Source: Candidatus Methylomirabilota bacterium (lineage in GTDB: Bacteria; Verrucomicrobiota; Verrucomicrobiia; Limisphaerales; SXQI01). Taken from it: a stretch of DNA of 64,000 nucleotides. Where the stretch lies: NCBI GenBank assembly GCA_035627835.1, contig DASPKX010000104.1, forward strand, positions 14,832 through 78,831. The letters are read 5' to 3'. The translations under genes and the position numbers were made by a program. The stretch's first letter is position 1. Every line of letters begins with the position of its first letter. Under the pieces are notes generated by a model. That model saw only the letters and a program-made list of their open reading frames with translations, searched no databases and was not told the origin of the DNA. Shown piece after piece: positions 57,534 through 64,000 of the stretch.

Positions 57534-58494
57534 AGCCGGGTTGGCCTACCCCGCCGAGGCTGCGGCCCAGTCCTCGTGGGTTCTTGCACGCCGCGGCGCG
57601 CGCAGGAGAGTTTCCCCTGATCAGCCTCACGGTGTTTTTGTCGAGCTTGAGCGCGACTCAACCGGAAAATTAACCGAGACGCTCACCGTCCTCCTCACCA
57701 ACAAGGAGTGCCCGTTTCGCTGTGTGATGTGCGACCTTTGGGAGAACACTCTTCAAGAGCGCGTTCCCGTTGGCTCGATATCCGCGCAGATGGAGGTGGC
57801 CTTGCAGGCGCGGGGAAATGCAACCGTCATCAAACTTTATAACAGCGGCAGCTTCTTCGATCCGCAGGCTATTCCTCACGAGGAATATCCTTCCATCAGC
57901 GCGCGCCTTCGTGGCTTTTCCCACGTGATTGTCGAGTCGCACCCCGCTTTCATCGGCGCGCGAACACTCGAATTTGCGCGCTCCCTGACAGGCGCGCTGG
58001 AGGTCGCCATCGGCCTCGAGACAGCGCACCCGGTGGCGTTGGAAAAACTGAACAAACGATTTAGCCTGGAGCAGTTTACCGCCAGCGCGGCTTTCCTGCG
58101 GGCGCATAACATTGCTCTGCGCGTGTTCCTGTTGCTTAACGCCCCTTTCATCCCCGCTTCGGAGACTCAGGCCTGGACCTTGCGTTCGATTGATTTTGCC
58201 CTAGAGCAAGGCGCCTCCGCGGTGGTGGTCATCCCCACCCGGTTCAATCGCAGTTTGGAGGATCTCGAGAAGCTTGGGCTCACGACGCGTTCGCGGTTGC
58301 AACATCTCGAGGATGCGCTTGCCTATGGGATTGCGCAGAGGCGCGGGCGCGTTTTTGCAGATCTGTGGGACCTCAATTCACCTGCCGGCTGCGCTCGTTG
58401 CTTTCCTGCACGCAAAGAGCGATTGCGGCTCATGAACAATCTGCAAACCGTGGCGCCAAAGATTCACTGCACTGAGTGTGAAGCGCCGTTGTGA
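57526..58494 (+). CDS. Radical SAM enzyme (small; looks to me like TIGR01210/RaSEA-type)
   Basis: CPFRCVMC = CX3CX2C. Also NSGSFFD and a TIM-like continuation. ATG 57526 overlaps the upstream stop by 8 nt (ATGCCTGA). Confidence 0.82.
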   Translation: MPEAGLAYPAEAAAQSSWVLARRGARRRVSPDQPHGVFVELERDSTGKLTETLTVLLTNKECPFRCVMCDLWENTLQERVPVGSISAQMEVALQARGNATVIKLYNSGSFFDPQAIPHEEYPSISARLRGFSHVIVESHPAFIGARTLEFARSLTGALEVAIGLETAHPVALEKLNKRFSLEQFTASAAFLRAHNIALRVFLLLNAPFIPASETQAWTLRSIDFALEQGASAVVVIPTRFNRSLEDLEKLGLTTRSRLQHLEDALAYGIAQRRGRVFADLWDLNSPAGCARCFPARKERLRLMNNLQTVAPKIHCTECEAPL

Positions 58495-59914
58495 TCTCCT
58501 AATTATCGGCGCGGGCTTCGCGGGCTCCCTCCTGGCATTGGTCGCTGCCCGCCTCGGCCTGCAGGTCATCGTTGTGGACAAAGCCAGGCATCCGCGCTTT
58601 GTCATCGGCGAGTCCACCACCCCGCTAACCAATCTCCTCCTCGAGCAGCTTGCCCACGAGCAAGATCTTCCGGAGTTGCTCGGCTTTACTGAATGGGGCC
58701 GGTGGCAGCAGACGTATAACCAAATTCCAGTCGGCCTCAAACGCGGGTTTACCTTTCTCCATCATCGTGCAGGGCAATATTGTGACGCCTCGCGGGAAGC
58801 CCAATTGCTTGTCGCAGCGAGCCCAAACAACACCCTCGCTGACACCCACTGGTTCCGAGCTGCTTTTGATCAGAAACTCATGGAACTCGCCCGCGCACGG
58901 GGGGCAACATTCTTCACCGGGGCGACGGTTCTTGCGTTCAAGCCTGAGCAAGTCCAAATCAGCATCGAGGCTGAGGATGAGCAACTCGAACTGGAAGCGC
59001 CATTCCTGGTCGATGCCAGTGGTGCGCGCGGCTTTTTATTTCAGCGGCTTGAGCTTCAGGAGGCAGACATTCCCCACATGCCCAGTCATAGCGCCCTTTT
59101 CACGCATTTCACAAACGTGCCGCCGCTCTCTGCCGGCTTGTTTGAGCACGGCGCTCCTTACCCGCCCGAGGATGCCGCCGTGCATCATCTGTTTGAAGGT
59201 GGTTGGGTATGGTCGCTCTGTTTCAACAATGGCCTCGTCAGCGCTGGCATCTCCGCCGAGGAATCATTTGCGCGCGAGCTTCGGCTCCATGAAGGCCATG
59301 CCGGATGGAACCGTTTGCTCGCCCGCTTTCCAACACTCGCGCAACAGTTACAGGGAGCAACACCGGTCCAGCCCTTTCATTTCCAGCCAAAACTCTCGTT
59401 TCGCTCGCAGGTTATGATTGGACCCCGCTGGGCGATGCTTCCATCAGCGGCCGGCTTCCTTAACCCGCTCCTGTCCACAGGGTTCCCGCTAACACTTCTG
59501 GGAATCCGCCGCATGGTGACACTCCTCCAAGCTCTCCCGGAAGTTCCGCCACAAAGTTTAAAGCAATATGCCGAGGACTGCGCGCATGATTTCAACGCCG
59601 CAGGCCTGCTCACCAGTGCAATGCTGAGGCGCGCCGACGACTTTGACGCCTTCGCTCAACTCTCACTTCTTTACTTCGCTTCAAGCATCTGGGCCGAAAC
59701 GCAAGTCCGGGCCGGGGGCCTCGAGTGGCTGTATCGGTTCCCCCTTGGCCGCGCGCCGTTCTGGCCTGGAGCACAATCAATTTGCCAGGCCTCTCTCGCT
59801 CGCAAACTCTCCGCAAAAGAGTTGCAAGCACAGGTCCAGGCATTGATTGAGCCCTATGACATAGCGCAACTCACCCGACCAGAGAAACGCAATTGGCACC
59901 CCTTCCCTTCATGA
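58478..59914 (+). CDS. FAD-dependent oxidoreductase of the halogenase / geranylgeranyl-reductase-like flavoprotein class
   Basis: DLLIIGAGFAGSLLA (GxGxxG), GESTTP, FEGGWVWSLCF (WxW-like motif). GTG 58478 overlaps the radical SAM gene by 17 nt. Confidence 0.82.
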   Translation: MKRRCDLLIIGAGFAGSLLALVAARLGLQVIVVDKARHPRFVIGESTTPLTNLLLEQLAHEQDLPELLGFTEWGRWQQTYNQIPVGLKRGFTFLHHRAGQYCDASREAQLLVAASPNNTLADTHWFRAAFDQKLMELARARGATFFTGATVLAFKPEQVQISIEAEDEQLELEAPFLVDASGARGFLFQRLELQEADIPHMPSHSALFTHFTNVPPLSAGLFEHGAPYPPEDAAVHHLFEGGWVWSLCFNNGLVSAGISAEESFARELRLHEGHAGWNRLLARFPTLAQQLQGATPVQPFHFQPKLSFRSQVMIGPRWAMLPSAAGFLNPLLSTGFPLTLLGIRRMVTLLQALPEVPPQSLKQYAEDCAHDFNAAGLLTSAMLRRADDFDAFAQLSLLYFASSIWAETQVRAGGLEWLYRFPLGRAPFWPGAQSICQASLARKLSAKELQAQVQALIEPYDIAQLTRPEKRNWHPFPS

Positions 59915-59921
59915 ACCGCAG

Positions 59922-60047
59922 ATGAACCCGATATACGCGCCACCTCCCCCCTTCGCCAAATCCGACACCCGCATGCCCGACTACGACGGCTCCCTAACCC
60001 CACCTCAAATCGACTCCATCATCTTGTTTCTTAAAAACTGGAAGTAA
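59922..60047 (+). pseudogene. 41-codon ORF resembling only the C-terminal end of a c-type cytochrome (probable gene remnant)
   Basis: MNPIYAPPPPFAKSDTRMPDYDGSLTPPQIDSIILFLKNWK matches the usual cytochrome c C-terminus pattern (MP.a.G.LT..qI..iI.aL...). There is no CxxCH upstream. Confidence 0.3.
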
Positions 60048-60075
60048 ACTTCGGCTGACATCGCTGAGGCCTCCT

Positions 60076-60271
60076 GGTCAGCTCTTAACATTTAAGGTGC
60101 GCGAGCAGCGGGGTCAGCTCTTAACATTTAACGAGTGTTAATTGAATGCGCGCGAGTGCGCGAGTGGGGTCAGCTATTAACATTTAACAGATGGTGCATT
60201 TTGTTTGGCCAAAGCCGGCGAGTGTTGATTGTTAAGAGTTGACCCTGTGGGTTCGAACCCTGTGGGTTCCC
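60076..60271. repeat. Intergenic repeat cluster: three direct ~20-bp repeats, one inverted copy and a 15-bp tandem duplication
   Basis: GGTCAGCTCTTAACATTTAA at 60076 and 60112, and GGTCAGCTATTAACATTTAA at 60168. Inverted GTTAAGAGTTGACC at 60231..60244. CGAGTGTTRATTG occurs twice. ACCCTGTGGGTTC is duplicated at 60242 and 60257, creating the palindrome GGGTTCGAACCC. Confidence 0.9.
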
Positions 60272-60563
60272 GAAAACGATCCGCTGGCGAGATAGCCTTT
60301 GGCCACGAGCAAGAGTATTCGGTTCGATCTCGCCGCGATCACAAAGGCCGTGCCGCTCAGTAAGTGGACGAAAGCCCACACGAAGAGGATTAGAGGTCCC
60401 CAGTGTAAGAGGTTGGCTGGTGCCATCATGGCTTAACCCACACGACCGTCATGGCAGCGTATTGGATTGGATTAAAACCGTCGTTGTCTCGCGACGCATC
60501 GGCTTCTGTGTTCCTCGCGCCTTTGTGCCGCGAGATTCCGCAGCGATTCCGTGGAACTGGAAG

Positions 60564-60638
<75 letters not shown>

Positions 60639-60736
60639 CCCAACAGGGAGGGGTTATTTACCCCAAAATTTCAGGATGTCAAAGGCTTTCACCCAAAGCG
60701 CGTCATGTCGCTTCCGGACTACCCGCAGCCACCGCC

Positions 60737-61996
60737 TCACGGCTTGATCGGCGGGAGCGCGGCGTAGAACGCGTTGATATGCGCCAGCGCATTCGTGCGG
60801 CCTTCCGCGTCCAACAAGGATTGCTGCACCAGCGCTTCCAAAGCCGCTCTGCGCTCGGCGAACATTTGCAGCGCTGCCAAAAAGCTCGTCGGGCTGACTC
60901 GTTGCTGCACTTGATCCACTTCGTAATGCGCCTGCCGCTCCAGGTCCGGAAGGTCAGGGCGATAATCATGCGGCGCCATCAAGCGCGTTTGCCCGGTCAC
61001 CCATGAGGCCAGGTCAAAGTCACCGGCCACGAGCATATGGCTGCGGTCGGGCATCTCGATCACATCCACATTCCAGAGCCCCCGCTCCATCTCGCCGATG
61101 CTGTAATCCCAATTTCCAATCAGCGCGTTAAACAAGCGAAGGTTGGTCACCAGTTGCTCGTCGAAAATCGGGTCCTTCAATGCGCTGACCTCCTCATCCT
61201 TTAAGGCGCGCCCGCCGATCCGCTCCGCGATGACTTCCACATCCTCGACCAGCAAGGCCTGTCGGGTGAGTTCCCAGCCGACCATCTCGCTGTCGTTAGT
61301 GGACGTGGTGTCTTTGTAAGTGATCTCCGCGCGGCGAACCTTCGGCGCAGGCGCATCGATGAGAGCCAGCGCCTCGTAAGCCAGAGCCTCGCGATAAGTG
61401 GCGATCTGCTCCCGCAACCGCCCGATCGGACCGCGGCCACCCTCCGCGCAGTGCGTTCCAATTTTCACTTCACGCGCCTCGGCAAACGCCGTTCCCGCGC
61501 GGTTCACTGACGAAATCTTGAACTTCAGCTTCGGAAACGGGCACTCCTGCAGGCTGGAGTTGCCGCGCACGCGCAACGAAGCCGGGATCGTCGCGCCCTC
61601 ATGCGTGATGGAGCCGTCGAAGTAAGGCTTCTCCCGCAGCGGTGGGAAAATGCCATCAGGCATGCCAGCGTGCGCCAGTTCGAAATGTTTTTGCAATGGC
61701 CCGGTCACGGTGAGTTGCACCACTGACGTCGAGGCGAAGATGCTGGCCGCTGGAAGAGCCGCTGCCCGGAAGAACGCGCGTGGGCTGCTGATCTCCACCT
61801 GAAACGGGCTGGTCGCGTTCGTAAGCGTGAGCCACGCGCCGCCGAGATTGGTGGACATTTGGAGCGCCCCGGTGAAGGTCACTTCAATCTTTTCCCCAGT
61901 CCGCGCGAGCTGAATGGACGGCACGACCGCAGCCGAACCATAAGTAATGCCCGCAGCGAGCAGTGACGACATAATGAGTGGAACAACACGTTTCAT
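60737..61996 (-). CDS. Secreted protein, tentatively a CotH-like atypical kinase fold
   Basis: Signal peptide MKRVVPLIMSSLLAAGITYGSA. LRVRGNSSLQECPFPKLKFKI resembles the CotH RGxS...KKSaKaxF motif. LIGNWDYS...GLWN...AGDFDLASW resembles the CotH catalytic N.D...N / WD.D region. The functional call is from memory only. Confidence 0.7.
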   Translation of the reverse strand: MKRVVPLIMSSLLAAGITYGSAAVVPSIQLARTGEKIEVTFTGALQMSTNLGGAWLTLTNATSPFQVEISSPRAFFRAAALPAASIFASTSVVQLTVTGPLQKHFELAHAGMPDGIFPPLREKPYFDGSITHEGATIPASLRVRGNSSLQECPFPKLKFKISSVNRAGTAFAEAREVKIGTHCAEGGRGPIGRLREQIATYREALAYEALALIDAPAPKVRRAEITYKDTTSTNDSEMVGWELTRQALLVEDVEVIAERIGGRALKDEEVSALKDPIFDEQLVTNLRLFNALIGNWDYSIGEMERGLWNVDVIEMPDRSHMLVAGDFDLASWVTGQTRLMAPHDYRPDLPDLERQAHYEVDQVQQRVSPTSFLAALQMFAERRAALEALVQQSLLDAEGRTNALAHINAFYAALPPIKP

Positions 61997-62130
61997 AACA
62001 AAGCACAGAGACAGTAAGTCCCTGGATGCCGATGGTGTGGGTGGAATCGGGGCTGACCTGCCTCACAAGAAGCAAAGCCACAAACCGCCTCCAGCCGTCA
62101 ATTCAAAACCGCCCGCTCTGCCGGTCGGAA

Positions 62131-62168
62131 AAAGAAGATTTCCCGCAGAGACGCCGAAAACGTGGAGC
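62131..62168. repeat. Inverted partial copy of the 'A' repeat (core ATTTCCCGCAGAGACGCCG)
   Basis: The 19-nt core at 62138..62156 is the exact reverse complement of 62325..62343. Confidence 0.9.
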
Positions 62169-62250
62169 CTTAAAAAGATCGAACGATTTCAGCTCAGCTG
62201 CAAACCCTACACCAGAACCATCCGCTTGTTCCCGTTATGCTTCTTCAATT

Positions 62251-62351
62251 CCCCTCTGTTACCTCCGTTAGCTCCGCGCGCTCTGTGTTAAATCCTTCAG
62301 CTTCCTTCTTCCACCTCTGCCCCTCGGCGTCTCTGCGGGAAATTTTTCTTC
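62251..62351. repeat. Composite interspersed repeat (B+A unit), copy 1
   Basis: B: CCCCTCTGTTACCTCCGTTAGCTCCGCGCGCTCTGTGTTAAATCC. A: CTCTGCCCCTCGGCGTCTCTGCGGGAAATTTTTCTTC. The same B+A arrangement recurs at 63067..63158. This copy overlaps the 3' end of the 62297..62965 gene. Confidence 0.9.
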
Positions 62352-62965
62352 CGAAGACGCCACCATCCGCCCAGCAGCCCGGCACCGAACACCGCCAAAG
62401 CTGCAGGCGAAGGCTCCGGCACCGCAAAGATTGTCTGCCCAACGTTCAATGCTCCCGGCGTCGCGAAGGACAGAGCCGCCCACGAAAAATCCTCCCCGCT
62501 CTCCCCTGCTCCCACCAACCCCAGAGCAGCGGCACCGGCCAAAGGTTCAGCCAACCCAATGTCACTGGAAGTCAACCCGAGCGCTGGCCCTCCTGTGGCC
62601 GTTATCGACCCTTCGTACGAAAGGAAACTCACCAACGCTCCGCCAAAGTCCAGCGATAACCCATCCGGCGCGCCATTCTGAATGCCCGGGATCAGTTTGG
62701 AGTAAAGCCGGTAGGCTCCGCCCTGCTCCCCTGCCGTAAATGTGCTGAGCCGGTGACTTTCATAAACACCGCCGCCGTTCCCATTGTACAGACTCAGCCG
62801 CAACGCGCTCAGGTCAGTGATTGATTCATGCACCGCCACTTCCACGAACTCATTCACGTCAGCCCCATCGTTGTCGTAATGAAGCTCATTGATCCACGCG
62901 ACAGGCTGCTGCCCCTGTGCTTGGAAAGCCAATAAAACCCCAGCTAAAGCCGTTAGCCACCTCAT
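62297..62965 (-). CDS. Lamin-tail-domain (LTD) protein with a PEP-CTERM sorting signal
   Basis: Signal peptide MRWLTALAGVLLAFQAQG. LTD-like INELHYDNDGADVNEFVEVA. C-terminus VPEPSPAALAVFGAGLLGGWWRLRKK (PEP motif, TM helix and basic cluster), followed by a 15-aa tail encoded by the repeat element. Confidence 0.8.
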   Translation of the reverse strand: MRWLTALAGVLLAFQAQGQQPVAWINELHYDNDGADVNEFVEVAVHESITDLSALRLSLYNGNGGGVYESHRLSTFTAGEQGGAYRLYSKLIPGIQNGAPDGLSLDFGGALVSFLSYEGSITATGGPALGLTSSDIGLAEPLAGAAALGLVGAGESGEDFSWAALSFATPGALNVGQTIFAVPEPSPAALAVFGAGLLGGWWRLRKKNFPQRRRGAEVEEGS

Positions 62966-63043
62966 AGGAAAGACCCCTTGTAGCGCCCCGGTTCACGACG
63001 GGCAACGACAAGCAGCTTGAGAAACTTTGGCGCAAGGAACGGT

Positions 63044-63067
63044 AGGCCCGGTCCCCCGACCGGGCGT
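63044..63067. repeat. 24-nt hairpin repeat AGGCCCGGTCCCCCGACCGGGCGT (copy 2 of 2)
   Basis: Identical to 47116..47139. It directly abuts copy 2 of the composite B+A repeat. Confidence 0.9.
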
Positions 63068-63158
63068 CCTCCTCTGTTACCTCCGTTATCTCCGTTCCCT
63101 CTGTGTTAAAATCCTTTCTTCCTCTGCCCCTCCGCATCTCCGCGGGAAATTCTTCTTT
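63067..63158. repeat. Composite interspersed repeat (B+A unit), copy 2
   Basis: TCCTCCTCTGTTACCTCCGTTATCTCCGTTCCCTCTGTGTTAAAATCC...CTCTGCCCCTCCGCATCTCCGCGGGAAATTCTTCTTT, in the same orientation as copy 1. Confidence 0.9.
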
Positions 63159-63191
63159 CTCTGCCCCGCCTTGTTTGAATCTCGTTCTTGG

Positions 63192-63243
63192 TTCCCCTCT
63201 GTTACCTCCGTTTCCTCTGCGCCCTCTGTGTCAAAATTTTCCT
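63192..63243. repeat. Third (B-only) copy of the interspersed repeat
   Basis: TTCCCCTCTGTTACCTCCGTTTCCTCTGCGCCCTCTGTGTCAAAATTTTCC. Confidence 0.85.
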
Positions 63244-63298
63244 TCTCTTCGAACCTGTGGACAGGCCCGGCTCTTTGTCTTACCGTGATCAAATCCGT

Positions 63299-64000
63299 AT
63301 GCTCAAAGGAGTTTCTCGTCACGTTGGTGGTCTCTGCGCCGGTTTCATCGTTGCGTTCTCTGGCTCCACCGCAAGTTTCGCGGTCATCCATGAGGTCGCC
63401 ATTCTTGACGGCTCATTCTCTCCCGCTCAGGCAAACGTGATCGTTGGCGACACCGTCCGTTGGGTCCACCAGGGCACAGGCTTCCACACGACCACCAGCA
63501 CGACCGGCCTGTGGGATTCCAGTGTGCTCCTCCCGGGTGAAAGCTTCGACTACACCTTCAGCGACCCTGGGATATACAATTACACCTCCACCACTGACAC
63601 CGGCATGAACGGCCGCATCGTGGTGGAACGCGGTTACGGCGTGAACATCATCAGCCCTGGCCAGGGCTCACGCTTTAATCCAGGGGACAACGTCAACGTC
63701 CAGCTTTCGCTCTCCGATCCTGACGCCCTGGTGACCGAAATCGTCCTGAACGTGCTGCATAGCGGCGCCACCACAACCCTCACCAACCAGAGCACAAACC
63801 TGGTGTTCACGATCACGAACATTGTGGAAGGCCTGCACCGGCTAACCGCTACGGCTTACGGCGGCGGAACGAATCGCGCCTCCACCCCAATCACCATCGC
63901 CGTGGGTGACGTGAACCCGAACCCGACACCAGACACCCCAGTGATCACAAACGTGACGCTGACTGCGAGCTTCCAAATGCGCTTCATCGTCCTCGGCACA
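63299..64000 (+). CDS. Secreted cupredoxin-like protein with altered copper ligands, followed by Ig-like repeats (3' end runs off the window)
   Basis: ATG 63299, open to the window end, so not in the ORF track. MLKGVSRHVGGLCAGFIVAFSGSTASFA is a signal-like leader. VIVGDTVRWVHQGTGFHTTTS...PGIYNYTSTTDTGMNGRIVV has a plastocyanin-like pattern, with Ser and Asp where Cys and His are expected. Confidence 0.7.
   Translation, partial: MLKGVSRHVGGLCAGFIVAFSGSTASFAVIHEVAILDGSFSPAQANVIVGDTVRWVHQGTGFHTTTSTTGLWDSSVLLPGESFDYTFSDPGIYNYTSTTDTGMNGRIVVERGYGVNIISPGQGSRFNPGDNVNVQLSLSDPDALVTEIVLNVLHSGATTTLTNQSTNLVFTITNIVEGLHRLTATAYGGGTNRASTPITIAVGDVNPNPTPDTPVITNVTLTASFQMRFIVLGT

Noticed and set aside
59922-60047. 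41-aa ORF considered as a lasso or RiPP precursor for the AsnB-like/radical SAM cassette.
   Set aside because: There is no leader Thr(-2)/Gly1 arrangement, no B-protein (protease/RRE) gene and no Cys- or Ser-rich core. The sequence instead matches a cytochrome c C-terminus. It is kept only as a low-probability alternative in the findings.
60076-60187. Three ~20-bp direct repeats considered as a mini CRISPR array.
   Set aside because: There are only three copies. The spacers are irregular and short (16 and 36 nt) and themselves contain repeated GCGCGAG motifs. There are no cas genes, and an inverted copy lies nearby.
60225-60271. GGGTTCGAACCC T-arm-like palindrome and a CTCTTAA loop-like sequence considered as a second tRNA gene.
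   Set aside because: I could not fold an acceptor, D or anticodon stem around them on either strand. At best they are tRNA-derived debris.
60232-60429. 65-aa minus-strand ORF with a hydrophobic N-terminus (MMAPANLLHWGPLILFVWAFVHLLSGTAFVIAA...).
   Set aside because: Its 3' third is encoded by the tandem and inverted repeats (GTHRVRTHRV). I saw no SD, and the region is repeat-rich non-coding-looking DNA. There is not enough support to call it a gene.

Overview
GC-rich bacterial chromosomal window, densely coded on both strands. Three things point to a PVC-group organism, probably Verrucomicrobia: an exact TGTTC-N4-GAACA palindrome in front of lexA, a prepilin-type H-X9-DG protein, and a PEP-CTERM protein. 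I also count five Gfo/Idh/MocA oxidoreductase paralogs, four with twin-arginine leaders. This assignment is an inference from the sequence only; no database search was possible.

Gene order:
- TetR regulator (partial), then a large secreted protein with an internal tandem duplication, an H-X9-DG pseudopilin-like protein, a Ser/Thr kinase, clpB and a Gfo/Idh/MocA gene.
- mreB-mreC-mreD-mrdA-rodA-rng.
- An SPW-repeat membrane protein, a ~300-aa Gly/Ser-rich secreted protein, and a divergent small Lys-rich protein.
- An ABC ATPase, a large polytopic membrane protein and a 648-aa unknown protein, followed by two Gfo/Idh/MocA genes and purU.
- A complete cbb3 oxidase cluster: ccoI-ccoS-ccoNO(fused)-ccoQ-ccoP(monoheme)-ccoG-fixH-DsbD_2/TauE-like.
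- Gfo/Idh/MocA, a putative outer-membrane barrel, uvrD/pcrA, tal, a hybrid response-regulator/histidine kinase, a hisA-like gene, ubiB/ABC1, a TM-helix protein, an AraC/PocR regulator and ftsH.
- A PQQ-type dehydrogenase, a Rieske protein and a coiled-coil ORF; then lexA, a small Cys-rich lipoprotein, a ferredoxin, an alkaline-phosphatase-superfamily protein and a Gfo/Idh/MocA gene.
- An overlapping AsnB-like / radical SAM / flavoprotein cassette, then a repeat-rich spacer and tRNA-Lys(CTT).
- A CotH-like secreted protein, a lamin-tail-domain PEP-CTERM protein bracketed by short interspersed repeats, and a partial cupredoxin-like protein.

I found no CRISPR array, transposase, integrase or rRNA.

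Best candidates for undescribed biology:
- The orphan AsnB-like / radical-SAM / flavoprotein cassette at 56.2-59.9 kb.
- The Gly/Ser-rich plus Lys-rich secreted pair at 17.7-19.2 kb.
- The ABC ATPase / membrane protein / 648-aa unknown cassette at 19.2-23.6 kb.
- The repeat-bracketed CotH-like / LTD-PEP-CTERM locus at 60.7-63.3 kb.
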